Positions 36,401 through 46,115 are shown, counted from the first letter of the stretch. The stretch: 64,000 bases of DNA from Pseudomonadota bacterium (GCA_023387815.1 JAEWHK010000037.1:17972-81971), one strand, 5' to 3'. Notes: generated by a model not told the origin, from the letters alone. Numbers and translations are program-made.

Positions 36401-37268
36401 CTGCTGTGGTAGCCGCTTCACCCAGCATGTCGTAGCTGTAGCGGAAGCCCTCGGCTTCAAACTTGCGACTGTTGGCCAGGGCGGAAGAAATGGTCTGACC
36501 AGACACAAACTGTTCGCCCATCATGCGCATGGCCATGTTCACGCCCTGACGGATCAGCGGTTCGCCGCCTTTGGCAATCATGCGCGTGAGCGCTTTGGAC
36601 AGATTCTGTTCGCTGTTGACGGCGACCAGTCTGCCGGTCAGCATCAGGCCCCACGTCGCGGCGTTGACAAACAGGGAGGGGGAACTGCCCATATGGGATT
36701 TCCAGTCGCCATGACTGATTTTGTCCCGGATCAATGCATCGCGCGTTGCCCTGTCTGGGATGCGAAGCAGTGCTTCAGCCAGACACATCAGGGCCACGCC
36801 TTCCTGGCTGGACAGGGCAAACTCCTGAATCAGACTTTCCACGCCGCCGCCGGGGCTCTTGTCTTTCAGTGATTTGACCAGTTTCAGAGCCAGTTCGCGC
36901 GTCTGTTCCGGTTTGACTATGGCTGCCTGATCCAGCAGCAAGGGGACACATTCCGGTTCGGGGCGGCGGTAGGCAGAGGTGATTGCCGCACGCAGCACCG
37001 ATTGCGGCTGCACATCCTGACCGAACTCATAGAATGGCGGCTTGCGGCTGTCGCCGACCGGCACGACGGCGCTGTCGTTGTCGCTGCTGCCAGGCGTCAG
37101 GTGGCGCAATTCGTCTGGCGTCATACCGCGTTCAATCTGATCCAGGTAAGTCAGCAGCGCCTGCTTGTGCAGCCAATGGGGCGTACAGTTCAGTTTATCT
37201 GCATGATATTGAAGGCGATTTTTCAGGTCCGGATCGACCTTGATGCCGAGCGTGGTAGTCGTAGCCAT
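33444..37268 (-). CDS. putA: Trifunctional PutA (RHH repressor / proline dehydrogenase / P5C dehydrogenase)
   Basis: N-terminal RHH MATTTTLGIKVD...TPHWLHKQA; SYDMLGEAA, RLVKGAYWD, YLVRRLLENGANTSF, ETGGQN, SAGQRCSA, and C-terminal NTAAAGGNASL. Confidence 0.98.
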   Translation of the reverse strand: MATTTTLGIKVDPDLKNRLQYHADKLNCTPHWLHKQALLTYLDQIERGMTPDELRHLTPGSSDNDSAVVPVGDSRKPPFYEFGQDVQPQSVLRAAITSAYRRPEPECVPLLLDQAAIVKPEQTRELALKLVKSLKDKSPGGGVESLIQEFALSSQEGVALMCLAEALLRIPDRATRDALIRDKISHGDWKSHMGSSPSLFVNAATWGLMLTGRLVAVNSEQNLSKALTRMIAKGGEPLIRQGVNMAMRMMGEQFVSGQTISSALANSRKFEAEGFRYSYDMLGEAATTAADAQRYYESYEQAIHAIGKASGGRGIYEGPGISIKLSALHPRYSRAQRERVISELLPRLVSLTRLARSYDIGLNIDAEEADRLELSLDLLEALCATREFEGWNGIGFVIQAYQKRAPFVIDYVIDLGRRTRHRLMIRLVKGAYWDTEIKRAQLDGLEGYPVYTRKVYTDVSYLACARKLLAAPDAVYPQFATHNAQTLSAIYHLAGSNYYPGQYEFQCLHGMGEPLYSEVVGSKKLNRPCRIYAPVGTHETLLAYLVRRLLENGANTSFVNQIGDESIDINTLIANPIEVASAIQPLGAPHDKIPLPRDLYNIDGEPGRRNSSGIDLSNEHRLGSLAAALLNGATQPWLAAPTLYETSDDEDKAARRKPMLNPADHRDVVGEVIEATPEDVTQAVDAAVAMAPIWQATPVEDRAKALRRAAQLLESRMQPLLGLIVREAGKSLPNAIAEVREAVDFLRYYADQIEDNFSEDRHRPLGPVLCISPWNFPLAIFTGQVSAALAAGNTVLAKPAEQTPLIAAQAVAILHEAGIPKEAVQLLPGQGETVGDQLVSHPAIRGVMFTGSTDVARIIAGKLAGRLDNHGHPIPLIAETGGQNALIVDSSALAEQVVYDVLNSAFDSAGQRCSALRVLCIQEDAADHVLNMIKGAMKELSVGCPDLLSTDVGPVIDEQARQIIERHILKMRQSGHVVEQLPLDRTTEHGTFVSPAIIELNDISELEREVFGPVLHVIRYKRAELDALIDKINATGYGLTFGIHSRIDETIGRVCDRIHAGNIYVNRNIVGAVVGVQPFGGQGLSGTGPKAGGPLYLYRLLSEGNDDMPRGIDLPGLNPAGTALPGPTGETNVYRLVPRGTVLAWPASSDGARLQLEQILETGNRALFVEAPSVRDWVEAAVPADKRARVEYVAPEKVAQAAFDAAVFEGDGDTLRQLNLELAARKGPIIIAQGLQSDEVIHGQRYAVSGLVHEQSISTNTAAAGGNASLMTIA

Positions 37269-37334
37269 GTGCAACTCGAATGAGGGTTGGATGAATGACG
37301 TTGAGCGTACCGAATCCGATGAAAAAAGAATATT

Positions 37335-37420
37335 AGGGTTAACCCTTTTATAAGAGGGTTAACCAATGGATTTTAGGGAATTATTTTCGTTTGATTCTGG
37401 TGGGAAGTCGAGGTTAACCC
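37335..37420. promoter_or_regulatory. Three GGTTAACC palindromic sites upstream of putA (candidate operators)
   Basis: AGGGTTAACCCT (37335-37346), AGGGTTAACCAA (37355-37366) and AGGTTAACCC (37411-37420). Confidence 0.65.
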
Positions 37421-38340
37421 ACGGTTTGCAACAGGGTGCCACCCAGCGAGCCTGCCACCAGCAGGCTGCCCGTCCAGATATTGGCGCGAAACAGCGCAAA
37501 ACTACGATCCGGCTTTTGCAGATCAAAGGTGGAAAGCTGCCAGTAAAAGTGCGCGGCGATGGCCACCATGAACACATAGTACAGCCAGCCAAAGCCCAGC
37601 ATGATGCCTGGGATGGTCCACAATACGACGGTCGCCGCATAAAAGCCAATCAGCCAGATCAGGCCCTGATCCCGGAAGCGCAGGGCGGTGGAGCGCAGAC
37701 CCAGCTGTTCATCGTCCTTCATATCCGTGTAGGCGTAAATGGTGTCGTAGCCAATCTGCCAGGTCACCGCACCCATCCACATCAGGACGGCGGCCAGCGG
37801 CACCGTGTTCTGAGTATCCGACCAGGCCATCAGCATCCCCCAGTTAAAGGCGATGCCAAGCACAAGCTGCGGCCAGTATGTGAAGCGCTTGCACAGAGGG
37901 TAAATGAAAACGAGCGGCACCAGGGCAAGCGCAAGCCAGCGGCTGTAGCTGTTGATGAAAAAGAGCAGCAGGGCGGCGACGGCCAGCTGGGCGATCAGAA
38001 AGGCAATGGCCTGCTTCAGGGTGATCTGTCCGCTGGTCAGAGGACGAAAGCGCGTGCGCTCAACATGTTTGTCAAAATTCCTATCGCAAATGTCATTGAT
38101 GGTGCAGCCCACACTGCGCATCAGCAGGGCACCCAGACAGAACACGACAAAACGCAGCAGGGTAGGAATGCCATACTGCGCCTGAATCAGCGCAGCAATG
38201 CAGGGTAAAAGTGTAAGCCAGGTGCCCACTGGGCGATCCAGACGACACAGGCGCGCATAAGGACGCCAGGACCGGGGCAGATAATGCTCTACCCAGTCAT
38301 TGTGGCGGATGTCGTTCAGATCGGGGTTCGTGCTGGCCAT
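37414..38340 (-). CDS. ubiA: 4-hydroxybenzoate polyprenyltransferase
   Basis: RLDRPVGTWL, GCTINDICDRNFDKHVERTRFRPL and YDTIYAYTDMKDD aspartate-rich motifs. Confidence 0.95.
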   Translation of the reverse strand: MASTNPDLNDIRHNDWVEHYLPRSWRPYARLCRLDRPVGTWLTLLPCIAALIQAQYGIPTLLRFVVFCLGALLMRSVGCTINDICDRNFDKHVERTRFRPLTSGQITLKQAIAFLIAQLAVAALLLFFINSYSRWLALALVPLVFIYPLCKRFTYWPQLVLGIAFNWGMLMAWSDTQNTVPLAAVLMWMGAVTWQIGYDTIYAYTDMKDDEQLGLRSTALRFRDQGLIWLIGFYAATVVLWTIPGIMLGFGWLYYVFMVAIAAHFYWQLSTFDLQKPDRSFALFRANIWTGSLLVAGSLGGTLLQTVG

Positions 38341-38610
38341 AGGTGTAACAGAGTCGGGCTTGAGGTTTGTGTCGAGGCGACGAAAAAGGCAATTTTAAAG
38401 GTTTTGCCCGGTCGGGGCGACAATCGGGCGCGGACCGGGCAATTTCCGTGAGATCTTGTTGTGATCGGTCGAATTCTGTCTGGCTATCTCCTGTTCAGGC
38501 ATTTCCTTTCATGGCAGTCGTGATTTTGGCCTTAACGATTGATGCTTGTGGCTACAATCGTTTTTTCCCTTTTTGATTTCTCAACTTTTTTGTAAGTCAG
38601 GCCGCTACCC

Positions 38611-39099
38611 ATGTTCAGTTTCGACAATTCCCAGGGTTTTGAATCCGTTCCCGCCATGTACGACACCCTGGTCTCCCAGGCCCGTGCCCTGTTTGACGGG
38701 GAGCCGGATCAGATTGCCAATGCCGCGAACCTGGCTGCACTGGTCTATCACACGGTACCGGATCTGAACTGGGCGGGTTTCTACTTTTATGACGGTCGGG
38801 AACTTGTGCTGGGTCCCTTTCAGGGCAAAATCGCATGCGTGCGCATTGCTCTGGGCAAAGGTGTTTGCGGGACGGCGGCAGCCACGCGCGAAGCCCAATT
38901 GGTTCCTGATGTGAATGCGTTCCCAGGTCATATTGCATGCGATTCCGCCTCACGATCAGAAATCGTCATTCCCCTGTTTAAAGGCGACGAACTCATTGGT
39001 GTGTGGGACGTGGACAGTCCGCGGCCTGAGCGCTTTACCGAAGAAGACAGAGCCGGCATGCAGGCGCTTTGTGATGTCTGGCTGAAGGCGCGCAAGTAA
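38611..39099 (+). CDS. msrC: GAF-domain free methionine-(R)-sulfoxide reductase
   Basis: NWAGFY, LGPFQGKIAC, GVCG and FPGHIACDSASRSEIV. Confidence 0.9.
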   Translation: MFSFDNSQGFESVPAMYDTLVSQARALFDGEPDQIANAANLAALVYHTVPDLNWAGFYFYDGRELVLGPFQGKIACVRIALGKGVCGTAAATREAQLVPDVNAFPGHIACDSASRSEIVIPLFKGDELIGVWDVDSPRPERFTEEDRAGMQALCDVWLKARK

Positions 39100-39304
39100 A
39101 TATACGGGAGAATAACCGCCGGTTTGATGTATGCTCGCGCTGCGCAGTAAGCCGTCGTTATTGCGTGCGCCTGTGTCGCCAACGGCGAAGCTTGCGGTCT
39201 TGCACTACGCACAGACAAACCCTTATTTGGTGTTTACGAATTGAAATGCCATCAGCCTGTCCTTAAAATCCCCGCATCGAATTGAATACCCATAAAGGAT
39301 CAGA

Positions 39305-40609
39305 ATGCCCGGTCAGATTGAATTGATCGCAACGGTACTGTTTGCGATTGCCATTGTGCACACGTTTTCCGTGCCATTTTTTGCCCGCCGCGCGCATCGG
39401 GGCGGGCCGCATTCGGGTCTGTGGCATGCCTTTTCCGAGGTGGAGGCCGTGTTCGGCCTGTGGGCTGCCATCCTCATCATCTTTATGGGCGTCACGGGCG
39501 GGCTGGACAGCGCTGTCAAGTACATGGACTCGCGCAACTTCACCGAGCCGCTGTTTGTTTTTGCCATTATGGTGGTGGCCGCCAGCCGGCCAATACTGGT
39601 GCTGGTCGGCAGCGTAGTCAGTTATCTGGCGCGCGTCATACCGCTGCCCACAGCAGTTGCCACTTTTCTGCTCACGCTGATCCTTGTGCCGCTGGCAGGC
39701 TCGTTCATTACTGAACCTGCTGCAATGACCTTGGCAGCGCTGCTGCTCAAGCGCGCGTTTTTCGATCACAGCAGCCACACCCGCTACAAGTACATGACGG
39801 TAGGTGTTCTGTTCGTCAATGTTTCCATTGGCGGCGTTCTCACTTCCTATGCGGCGCCTCCAGTACTGATGGTCGCTCATTCCTTTGGCTGGGACACGCT
39901 TTACATGGCAACCCACTTCGGCTGGAAGGCTGCGCTGGCGGTCGTCATCAATGCCGGCGTCCTCACATTCCTGATGCGTCGGGAACTGTTGATCGCGGGT
40001 GAACATGCCAAGGAACAGGCCAGAGCCGGTGGCGAAGCGCCTCGCGCAGCCATCCCCTGGGCCGTTATTCTGATTCATCTGGTATTTCTTGCCGGTATTG
40101 TGATTTTTTCTCACCATCCGGCCATTTTCATGGGGCTGATGATGCTCTTTGTGGGCTATTGCACGGCCTATGAACGTTATCAGGACAGGCTCATGATCAA
40201 GGAAGCCCTCATGGTGGCCTTCTTTCTGGCTGGCCTCATTGTGCTGGGCGGTATGCAGCAATGGTGGCTGCAGGATCTGCTGGCCGGCCTGTCGCCTACG
40301 CTGCTGTACTGGGGTGCAACGGCGCTTACGGCCATCACCGACAACGCAGCACTCACCTATCTGGGTTCGCTGGTGGAAGGCACCAACGAGGTCTGGCGGT
40401 ATATGCTTGTTGCAGGGGCAGTCACAGGCGGCGGCCTGACCGTCATTGCGAATGCGCCCAATCCCGCGGGTTTTGCCATCCTTAAGGAATGTTTTCCGGA
40501 TGAAGCCATTTCGCCCAAATATCTGTTCCTGGCGGCGCTGATACCCACGCTGGTCGCGGCGGCCATGTTTTTGCTGCCCGTGCAACTTCTGGGAAATACC
40601 GGCTTGTAA
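39305..40609 (+). CDS. Putative Na+/H+ antiporter-family membrane protein (DUF1504-like)
   Basis: Highly hydrophobic; EVEAVFGLW, FITEPAAMT, TDNAALTYL and GGGLTVIANAPNPAG. Confidence 0.8.
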   Translation: MPGQIELIATVLFAIAIVHTFSVPFFARRAHRGGPHSGLWHAFSEVEAVFGLWAAILIIFMGVTGGLDSAVKYMDSRNFTEPLFVFAIMVVAASRPILVLVGSVVSYLARVIPLPTAVATFLLTLILVPLAGSFITEPAAMTLAALLLKRAFFDHSSHTRYKYMTVGVLFVNVSIGGVLTSYAAPPVLMVAHSFGWDTLYMATHFGWKAALAVVINAGVLTFLMRRELLIAGEHAKEQARAGGEAPRAAIPWAVILIHLVFLAGIVIFSHHPAIFMGLMMLFVGYCTAYERYQDRLMIKEALMVAFFLAGLIVLGGMQQWWLQDLLAGLSPTLLYWGATALTAITDNAALTYLGSLVEGTNEVWRYMLVAGAVTGGGLTVIANAPNPAGFAILKECFPDEAISPKYLFLAALIPTLVAAAMFLLPVQLLGNTGL

Positions 40610-40697
40610 ATTGCGATAAAATAAGGGGTTAATTTGGGGATACGTCCCGCTATTGGCTTTCCCATTCACTTCCCCCTGATTTTTTTGCGAGTTCGTT

Positions 40698-41006
40698 GTG
40701 CCTATTTATGCATATAAATGCAGCGCCTGCGGCCATGCCAAAGATGTGCTGCAAAAAATGTCGGATGCACCGCTTTCCACCTGTCCAGAGTGCGGACAGG
40801 AAACGTTTTCCAAGCAGGTCACTGCTGCCGGTTTTCAGCTCAAAGGCTCCGGCTGGTATGTGACAGACTTCCGTGGCGGCGGTAATCAGGGCAATACGGT
40901 CCAGGGTGCCGGCAAAAGCAAATCAGACAGCGGCTCAGATGCTGCTGCGCCGGCAGCGTCCGCGGCGGCCCCTGCCAAATCCACGTCTGAAGGCAGCGCG
41001 GCCTGA
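40698..41006 (+). CDS. FmdB-family zinc ribbon protein
   Basis: MPIYAYKCSACG...CPECG...FQLKGSGWYVTDF. Confidence 0.92.
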   Translation: MPIYAYKCSACGHAKDVLQKMSDAPLSTCPECGQETFSKQVTAAGFQLKGSGWYVTDFRGGGNQGNTVQGAGKSKSDSGSDAAAPAASAAAPAKSTSEGSAA

Positions 41007-41098
41007 TCGTGTCGCCTCCTGGCGCAGTTGCACGGCCTGTGTGATCTGCGCCGGCCTCAGCATTTATTCAAAAGTTAAAGATTCTCGGAGCATTATTC

Positions 41099-42892
41099 AT
41101 GCGTACCTGCTATACCGGTCAAGTCAGCCTTGATCAGCTTGATCAAACTGTCACCCTTTTCGGCTGGGTCCATCGTCGCCGCGATCACGGTGGCGTGATT
41201 TTTATCGATCTGCGCGATCGCGAGGGCATTGCCCAGATCGTGTTCGATCCCGATAATGAGCAGGCGTTTGCAATTGCAGAGAATCTGCGCAATGAATACT
41301 GCATCCGTGTCACCGGTCTGGTGCGTCGTCGCCCAGAGGGTACAGCCAACAAAGAACTGGTGTCCGGTGAGATTGAAGTCCTCTGCCGCGAAGTCGAGGT
41401 GCTCAATCCCTCCGTCACGCCTCCGTTCCAGCTCGACGACGAGAATCTGTCTGAAACCACAAGGCTGACGCACCGCGTTCTGGACCTGCGCCGTCCGCAG
41501 ATGCAGCGCAACCTGATGCTGCGTTATCGCGTGTCCATTGAAGTGCGCAAATATCTGGACGGCCTGGGTTTTATTGATATTGAAACGCCCATGCTCACCA
41601 AGAGCACACCAGAAGGCGCCCGCGACTATCTGGTGCCTTCACGCGTCCACGACGGCCAGTTTTTTGCCCTGCCGCAGTCTCCGCAGCTGTTCAAGCAGAT
41701 GCTGATGGTGGCCGGCTTTGACCGTTACTATCAGATCGTCAAATGCTTCCGCGACGAAGACCTGCGCGCTGATCGTCAGCCCGAATTTACCCAGATCGAC
41801 TGCGAAACGTCCTTCCTGAATGAAGAGCAGATTCGCGAGATTTTTGAAGGCATGGTGCGTCACGTGTTCAAGGCAGTGCAGAACGTAGACCTCGATGCTC
41901 AGTTCCCCATCATGACCTGGGACGAAGCCATGCGGCGCTTCGGTTCCGACAAGCCCGACATGCGCGTGCTTCTGGAATTTACCGAACTGACCGATGTCAT
42001 GAAAGATGTTGATTTCAAAGTGTTTGCGACGGCTGCAACGCAACAGGGTGGCCGTGTGGTCGCACTGCGTGTTCCCGGCGGCGCGGCACTGTCACGCAAG
42101 GAAATTGACGATTACACCCAGTTTGTCAGTATCTATGGCGCCAAGGGTCTGGCGTGGATCAAGGTCAACGATCCTGCTGCGGGCCGCGACGGTTTGCAAT
42201 CGCCCATCGTGAAAAATCTGCACGATGCAGCCATCAGCGAAATTCTGACACGCTCCGGTGCAGCGGCAGGCGACATCATCTTCTTTGGTGCCGACAAGGC
42301 CAAGATTGTGAACGACGCCATGGGCGCACTGCGCGTCAAACTCGGCCACAGTGATTTTGCCAAGTCTTCAGGTCTCTTCGAAGATACCTGGAAACCGCTG
42401 TGGGTGGTGGACTTCCCCATGTTCGAATACGACGAAGAGGAAGGCCGCTATTTCGCTGCACACCATCCGTTCACCAGCCCCAAAGACGGACACGAAGACT
42501 TTCTTACCACTGATCCATCCAAAGCCTATGCCAAGGCTTATGACCTGGTTCTGAATGGCTGGGAAGTGGGTGGCGGCTCGGTTCGTATCCACCGAGAAGA
42601 AGTTCAGAGCAAGGTATTCCGCGCCCTGAATATCAGCAACGAAGAGGCACGTGCCAAATTCGGCTTCCTGCTGGATGCGCTGCAGTACGGTGCGCCTCCG
42701 CACGGTGGTCTGGCTCTGGGTCTGGATCGTCTGGTTACCATGATGGCCGGCGCCGAATCCATTCGCGATGTGATCGCGTTCCCCAAAACCCAGCGGGCAC
42801 AATGTCTGCTAACACAGGCACCATCACCTGTTGATGAGAAGCAATTGCGCGAATTGCATATTCGTCTGCGCAACAAAACCGTGGTGCAATAA
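41099..42892 (+). CDS. aspS: Aspartate--tRNA ligase, probably non-discriminating (Asp/Asn)
   Basis: [42 protein letters not shown] and [14 protein letters not shown]. Confidence 0.98.
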   Translation: MRTCYTGQVSLDQLDQTVTLFGWVHRRRDHGGVIFIDLRDREGIAQIVFDPDNEQAFAIAENLRNEYCIRVTGLVRRRPEGTANKELVSGEIEVLCREVEVLNPSVTPPFQLDDENLSETTRLTHRVLDLRRPQMQRNLMLRYRVSIEVRKYLDGLGFIDIETPMLTKSTPEGARDYLVPSRVHDGQFFALPQSPQLFKQMLMVAGFDRYYQIVKCFRDEDLRADRQPEFTQIDCETSFLNEEQIREIFEGMVRHVFKAVQNVDLDAQFPIMTWDEAMRRFGSDKPDMRVLLEFTELTDVMKDVDFKVFATAATQQGGRVVALRVPGGAALSRKEIDDYTQFVSIYGAKGLAWIKVNDPAAGRDGLQSPIVKNLHDAAISEILTRSGAAAGDIIFFGADKAKIVNDAMGALRVKLGHSDFAKSSGLFEDTWKPLWVVDFPMFEYDEEEGRYFAAHHPFTSPKDGHEDFLTTDPSKAYAKAYDLVLNGWEVGGGSVRIHREEVQSKVFRALNISNEEARAKFGFLLDALQYGAPPHGGLALGLDRLVTMMAGAESIRDVIAFPKTQRAQCLLTQAPSPVDEKQLRELHIRLRNKTVVQ

Positions 42893-42905
42893 AACGGCAG
42901 CAAAG

Positions 42906-42940
42906 AAAAGCCAGAATTCATTGAGTTCTGGCTTTTTTTT
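42906..42940 (+). terminator. Rho-independent terminator after aspS
   Basis: AAAAGCCAGAATTC-att-GAGTTCTGGCTTTTTTTT. Confidence 0.85.
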
Positions 42941-43002
42941 CGGGCCTCGCTCAGAAGGTACCCATCCACAAGACTATAATTTTGTTTTTCAGGAGAGAAA
43001 AA

Positions 43003-43800
43003 ATGACAACTGAAGTACAAACCTCATTGGCCGGGCAGGTCGCTCTGGTTACCGGTGCTGCAAGTGGCCTGGGTCGCGAAATCGCGGAAACGTATGCCAA
43101 AGCCGGTGCGGCAGTGGGCATTGCCGATCTGAATCTGGAAGGTGCCAACAAGGTGGCCGAGGAGATCAATGCAGCCGGTGGCAAGGCATTTGGCATTGCA
43201 ATGGACGTTACCGATGAAGATCAGGTCAATCAGGGCGTCAACGCGCTGGTGGAAAAATTCGGCTCACTGGACATTCTGGTTTCCAATGCAGGCATTCAGA
43301 CCATTGAATCGATCGACAAATTCGATTTCAAAAAATGGAAAACCATGCTGGCCATTCATCTGGATGGCGCCTTTCTGACGACCAAGGCAGCCCTGCAGCA
43401 TATGTACAAAGCCAAAAAAGGCGTGGTCATCTACATGGGTTCCGTGCACTCGCATGAAGCGTCAAAACTGAAGGCACCTTACGTGACAGCCAAACACGGG
43501 TTGCTGGGTCTGGCACGTGTGCTGGCAAAAGAAGGTGCGCCTCACAACGTGCGGTCTCACGTCATTTGCCCGGGTTTTGTGCGCACGCCTATTGTGGAAA
43601 AACAGATTCCTGAGCAGGCCAAAGAGCTGGGTATCAGCGAAGAAGACGTCGTGAAGAAAGTGATGCTGGCCGGCACCGTGGATGGCGAATTCACCACGCC
43701 CCAGGATATCGCCCAGACGGCATTGTTTCTGGCGGCATTCCCGAACAATGCGCTGACCGGCCAGTCTATTGTGGTCAGCCACGGCTGGTTCATGCAGTAA
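43003..43800 (+). CDS. D-3-hydroxybutyrate dehydrogenase (SDR)
   Basis: [42 protein letters not shown] and SHGWFMQ. Confidence 0.92.
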   Translation: MTTEVQTSLAGQVALVTGAASGLGREIAETYAKAGAAVGIADLNLEGANKVAEEINAAGGKAFGIAMDVTDEDQVNQGVNALVEKFGSLDILVSNAGIQTIESIDKFDFKKWKTMLAIHLDGAFLTTKAALQHMYKAKKGVVIYMGSVHSHEASKLKAPYVTAKHGLLGLARVLAKEGAPHNVRSHVICPGFVRTPIVEKQIPEQAKELGISEEDVVKKVMLAGTVDGEFTTPQDIAQTALFLAAFPNNALTGQSIVVSHGWFMQ

Positions 43801-43805
43801 CCGTC

Positions 43806-44975
43806 ATGGTTGCATTGCCGGACTACGAACGCATCGCACTTGTCCTGCAGGGTGGCGGTGCGCTGGGGGCCTACCAGGCTGGCGTCTTCGAAGGCCTGCA
43901 GCAGGCCGGCGTGCAACCGAACTGGATCTCTGGCATTTCCATTGGTGCACTCAACACCGCGATTATTGCCGGTAATCCCCCAGAGGAACGTACCAGCAAA
44001 CTGCGCGAATTCTGGGAAACCATCTGTCAGTCCAATAACGGCTTTGGCCTGTTTCCCTGGTTTGAACAAAGTCTGTTCCAGTTCAGCGACGCGACGCGCA
44101 GCAGCCTCTCAGCCATGTATGGACTATCAGCCATCATGGATGGTCAGAACGGTTTCTTCACACCGCGTCTGCCCCCGCCGCCACTTTTTACGCCCGGCAC
44201 GGTAGAAAACACCGGTTTCTACGATATGTCCGAGCTGCGTAACACCCTGCTGCGCCTTTGCGACTTCGAGCTGATCAACAAGGGTCATCTGAACGTGTCG
44301 GTTGGCGCGGTCAATGTGCGAACCGGCAATTTCACCTACTTCTGCAATGACAGGCATCATCTGACGCCCGAACATTTCATGGCCTCGGGTGCCTTGCCAC
44401 CGGCTTTTGCACCCGTGCAGATTGACGGTGAATACTATTGGGACGGCGGCATCATGTCCAACACGCCGCTGGGATACGTACTGGATGCCGAAGAAAATTC
44501 GGACACGCTGGTTTTCCAGGTGGATCTGTGGAGTGCTTACGGGCAGCTGCCAAACAATATGCTGCAGGTCTATGACCGGGTCAAGCAGATTCAGTATTCG
44601 AGCCGTACGCGTCTGGTCACCAACCAGTGGGCACGCATGCAGCGCATGCGCAGTGTCATGGCGCAGGTGCTCGAACAGCTGCCTGACACTCATACGCTGG
44701 ATGAAGAGACGCTTGAAAAGGCCCGTGCCATTGCAGACAGCAAACACTGCAATGTCATTCAGCTGATATACCGGGATCGCGAATACGAAACCTTCAATAA
44801 GGACTATCAGTTCGGCATGAGTGCAATGCGCGATCACTGGAAATCCGGGCTCAGGGATATCTGCAATACCCTGACGCACCCCGAATATCTGGCCATGCCT
44901 GATAACGATATTTCATTTGTGACTCATGATATTCATCGCCCACAGGGGCATGTTTCCCGCAGGAAGAAATTCTGA
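43806..44975 (+). CDS. Patatin-like phospholipase/esterase with C-terminal DUF3734-like region
   Basis: LQGGGALGAYQAG oxyanion loop, GISIG nucleophile elbow and WDGG motif. Confidence 0.92.
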   Translation: MVALPDYERIALVLQGGGALGAYQAGVFEGLQQAGVQPNWISGISIGALNTAIIAGNPPEERTSKLREFWETICQSNNGFGLFPWFEQSLFQFSDATRSSLSAMYGLSAIMDGQNGFFTPRLPPPPLFTPGTVENTGFYDMSELRNTLLRLCDFELINKGHLNVSVGAVNVRTGNFTYFCNDRHHLTPEHFMASGALPPAFAPVQIDGEYYWDGGIMSNTPLGYVLDAEENSDTLVFQVDLWSAYGQLPNNMLQVYDRVKQIQYSSRTRLVTNQWARMQRMRSVMAQVLEQLPDTHTLDEETLEKARAIADSKHCNVIQLIYRDREYETFNKDYQFGMSAMRDHWKSGLRDICNTLTHPEYLAMPDNDISFVTHDIHRPQGHVSRRKKF

Positions 44976-45014
44976 ATATTCAGATCGGGGCAGGTTCTTT
45001 CGCAGAGCAATATT

Positions 45015-45145
45015 GCAGCCGATAGAAAACGATAACCTGTAAAAACCGCTGCCAATAAAAAGCGTTGCCGATAAAGCCCGCAGCCAATAAAAACGGCGAG
45101 CGATAAGAAATCGCAAACGATAAAAACGGCAACGGAAAAGAAAAC
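45015..45145. repeat. Degenerate intergenic tandem array of about 8 units of 16-17 bp
   Basis: Units start at 45015, 45031, 45048, 45064, 45080, 45096, 45113 and 45129; approximate consensus GCNGCCRATAAAAACS. Confidence 0.7.
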
Positions 45146-45167
45146 GGAACCCGAAGGTTCCGTTTCT
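45136..45167 (-). terminator. Rho-independent terminator of the ypfJ-like gene (cUUCGg loop), possibly bidirectional
   Basis: Minus strand reads AAACGGAACC-TTCG-GGTTCCGTTTTCTTTT. Confidence 0.85.
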
Positions 45168-45245
45168 GTTCTGGTGCTGTTTATGCCGACTCAGTGTCGC
45201 CCGACTATCTTCTCACTTCCAGGCGCTGCAAACCATCCCCGGCCA

Positions 45246-46115
45246 TTACTGCTCAAACGTATTGCACTGCTTCAGATCGCCGCTGGCGAGACCTCGTTTG
45301 AACCAGGTCATACGCTGTTCAGACGAGCCGTGAGTGAATGAATCAGGCACGACATGTCCCTGCGTCTGTTGCTGTATCTTGTCGTCACCCACCGCAGACG
45401 CGGCATTCATGGCTTCTTCAATATCGCCATCTTCAATCACGGTGCCTTCTTTCTGCAGTTCATGGGCCCAGATGCCGGCAAAGCAGTCTGCCTGCAGTTC
45501 CACGCGAACAGACAGATCATTGGCCTGTCTTTCGTTCATGCTGCCGCGGGCCTGTGCTACTTTATCCATCACGCCCAGCAGATTTTGCACGTGGTGTCCC
45601 ACTTCGTGTGCCAGCACGTAGCCCTGCGCGAAGTCACCTTGCACGCCCATCTGTGCACCCATCTGGTGGAAAAAACTCATGTCCAGATAGACTTTGCGAT
45701 CTTCAGGACAGTAGAAAGGGCCCATGGCAGACTGACCTACGCCGCAGCCGGAGCGTGTGGCACCGCTATACAGCACCAGGGCAGGGGGCTGGTAGGTTGC
45801 GCCATTGGCCTTGAAGATGCCGGACCAGACATTCTCTGTGGTTTTTAGTACCTTGGAAATAAAGACCTTGTCCTCATCATTGGCCACGGGGGCGCCAGAC
45901 TGCTGACTCTGCTGCGCAGGCTCCTGCATGATCTCTCCGCCGCCCAGAATCGCCATTGGATTGATGCCCAGGAAGTACCAGGCTGCCAGTGCAACCACAA
46001 TGGTGCCGATGCCTATTTTTCCTCCGCCCAGGCGCATACCACCGCCGCCACGGAATCCACCCGTGCCGCGGCGGTCTTCCACGTTACTGCTTTGTTCCTG
46101 GTCATCTAATCGCAT
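45246..46115 (-). CDS. YpfJ-like neutral zinc metallopeptidase
   Basis: SSNVEDRRG, GPFYCPED, AHEVGHHVQ (HExxH), ELQADCFAG and SFTHGSSEQR. Confidence 0.93.
   Translation of the reverse strand: MRLDDQEQSSNVEDRRGTGGFRGGGGMRLGGGKIGIGTIVVALAAWYFLGINPMAILGGGEIMQEPAQQSQQSGAPVANDEDKVFISKVLKTTENVWSGIFKANGATYQPPALVLYSGATRSGCGVGQSAMGPFYCPEDRKVYLDMSFFHQMGAQMGVQGDFAQGYVLAHEVGHHVQNLLGVMDKVAQARGSMNERQANDLSVRVELQADCFAGIWAHELQKEGTVIEDGDIEEAMNAASAVGDDKIQQQTQGHVVPDSFTHGSSEQRMTWFKRGLASGDLKQCNTFEQ

Noticed and set aside
39263..40669. 468-aa antisense ORF over the antiporter-like gene
   Set aside because: It fully overlaps a well-supported membrane protein gene and has no family motifs.
44913..45116. 67-aa minus-strand ORF across the repeat array
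   Set aside because: It lies downstream of the ypfJ terminator, overlaps the patatin 3' end, and the repeat period is not codon-phased.
45015..45145. CRISPR interpretation of the intergenic repeat array
   Set aside because: Units are adjacent, short and degenerate, with no unique spacers and no cas genes.
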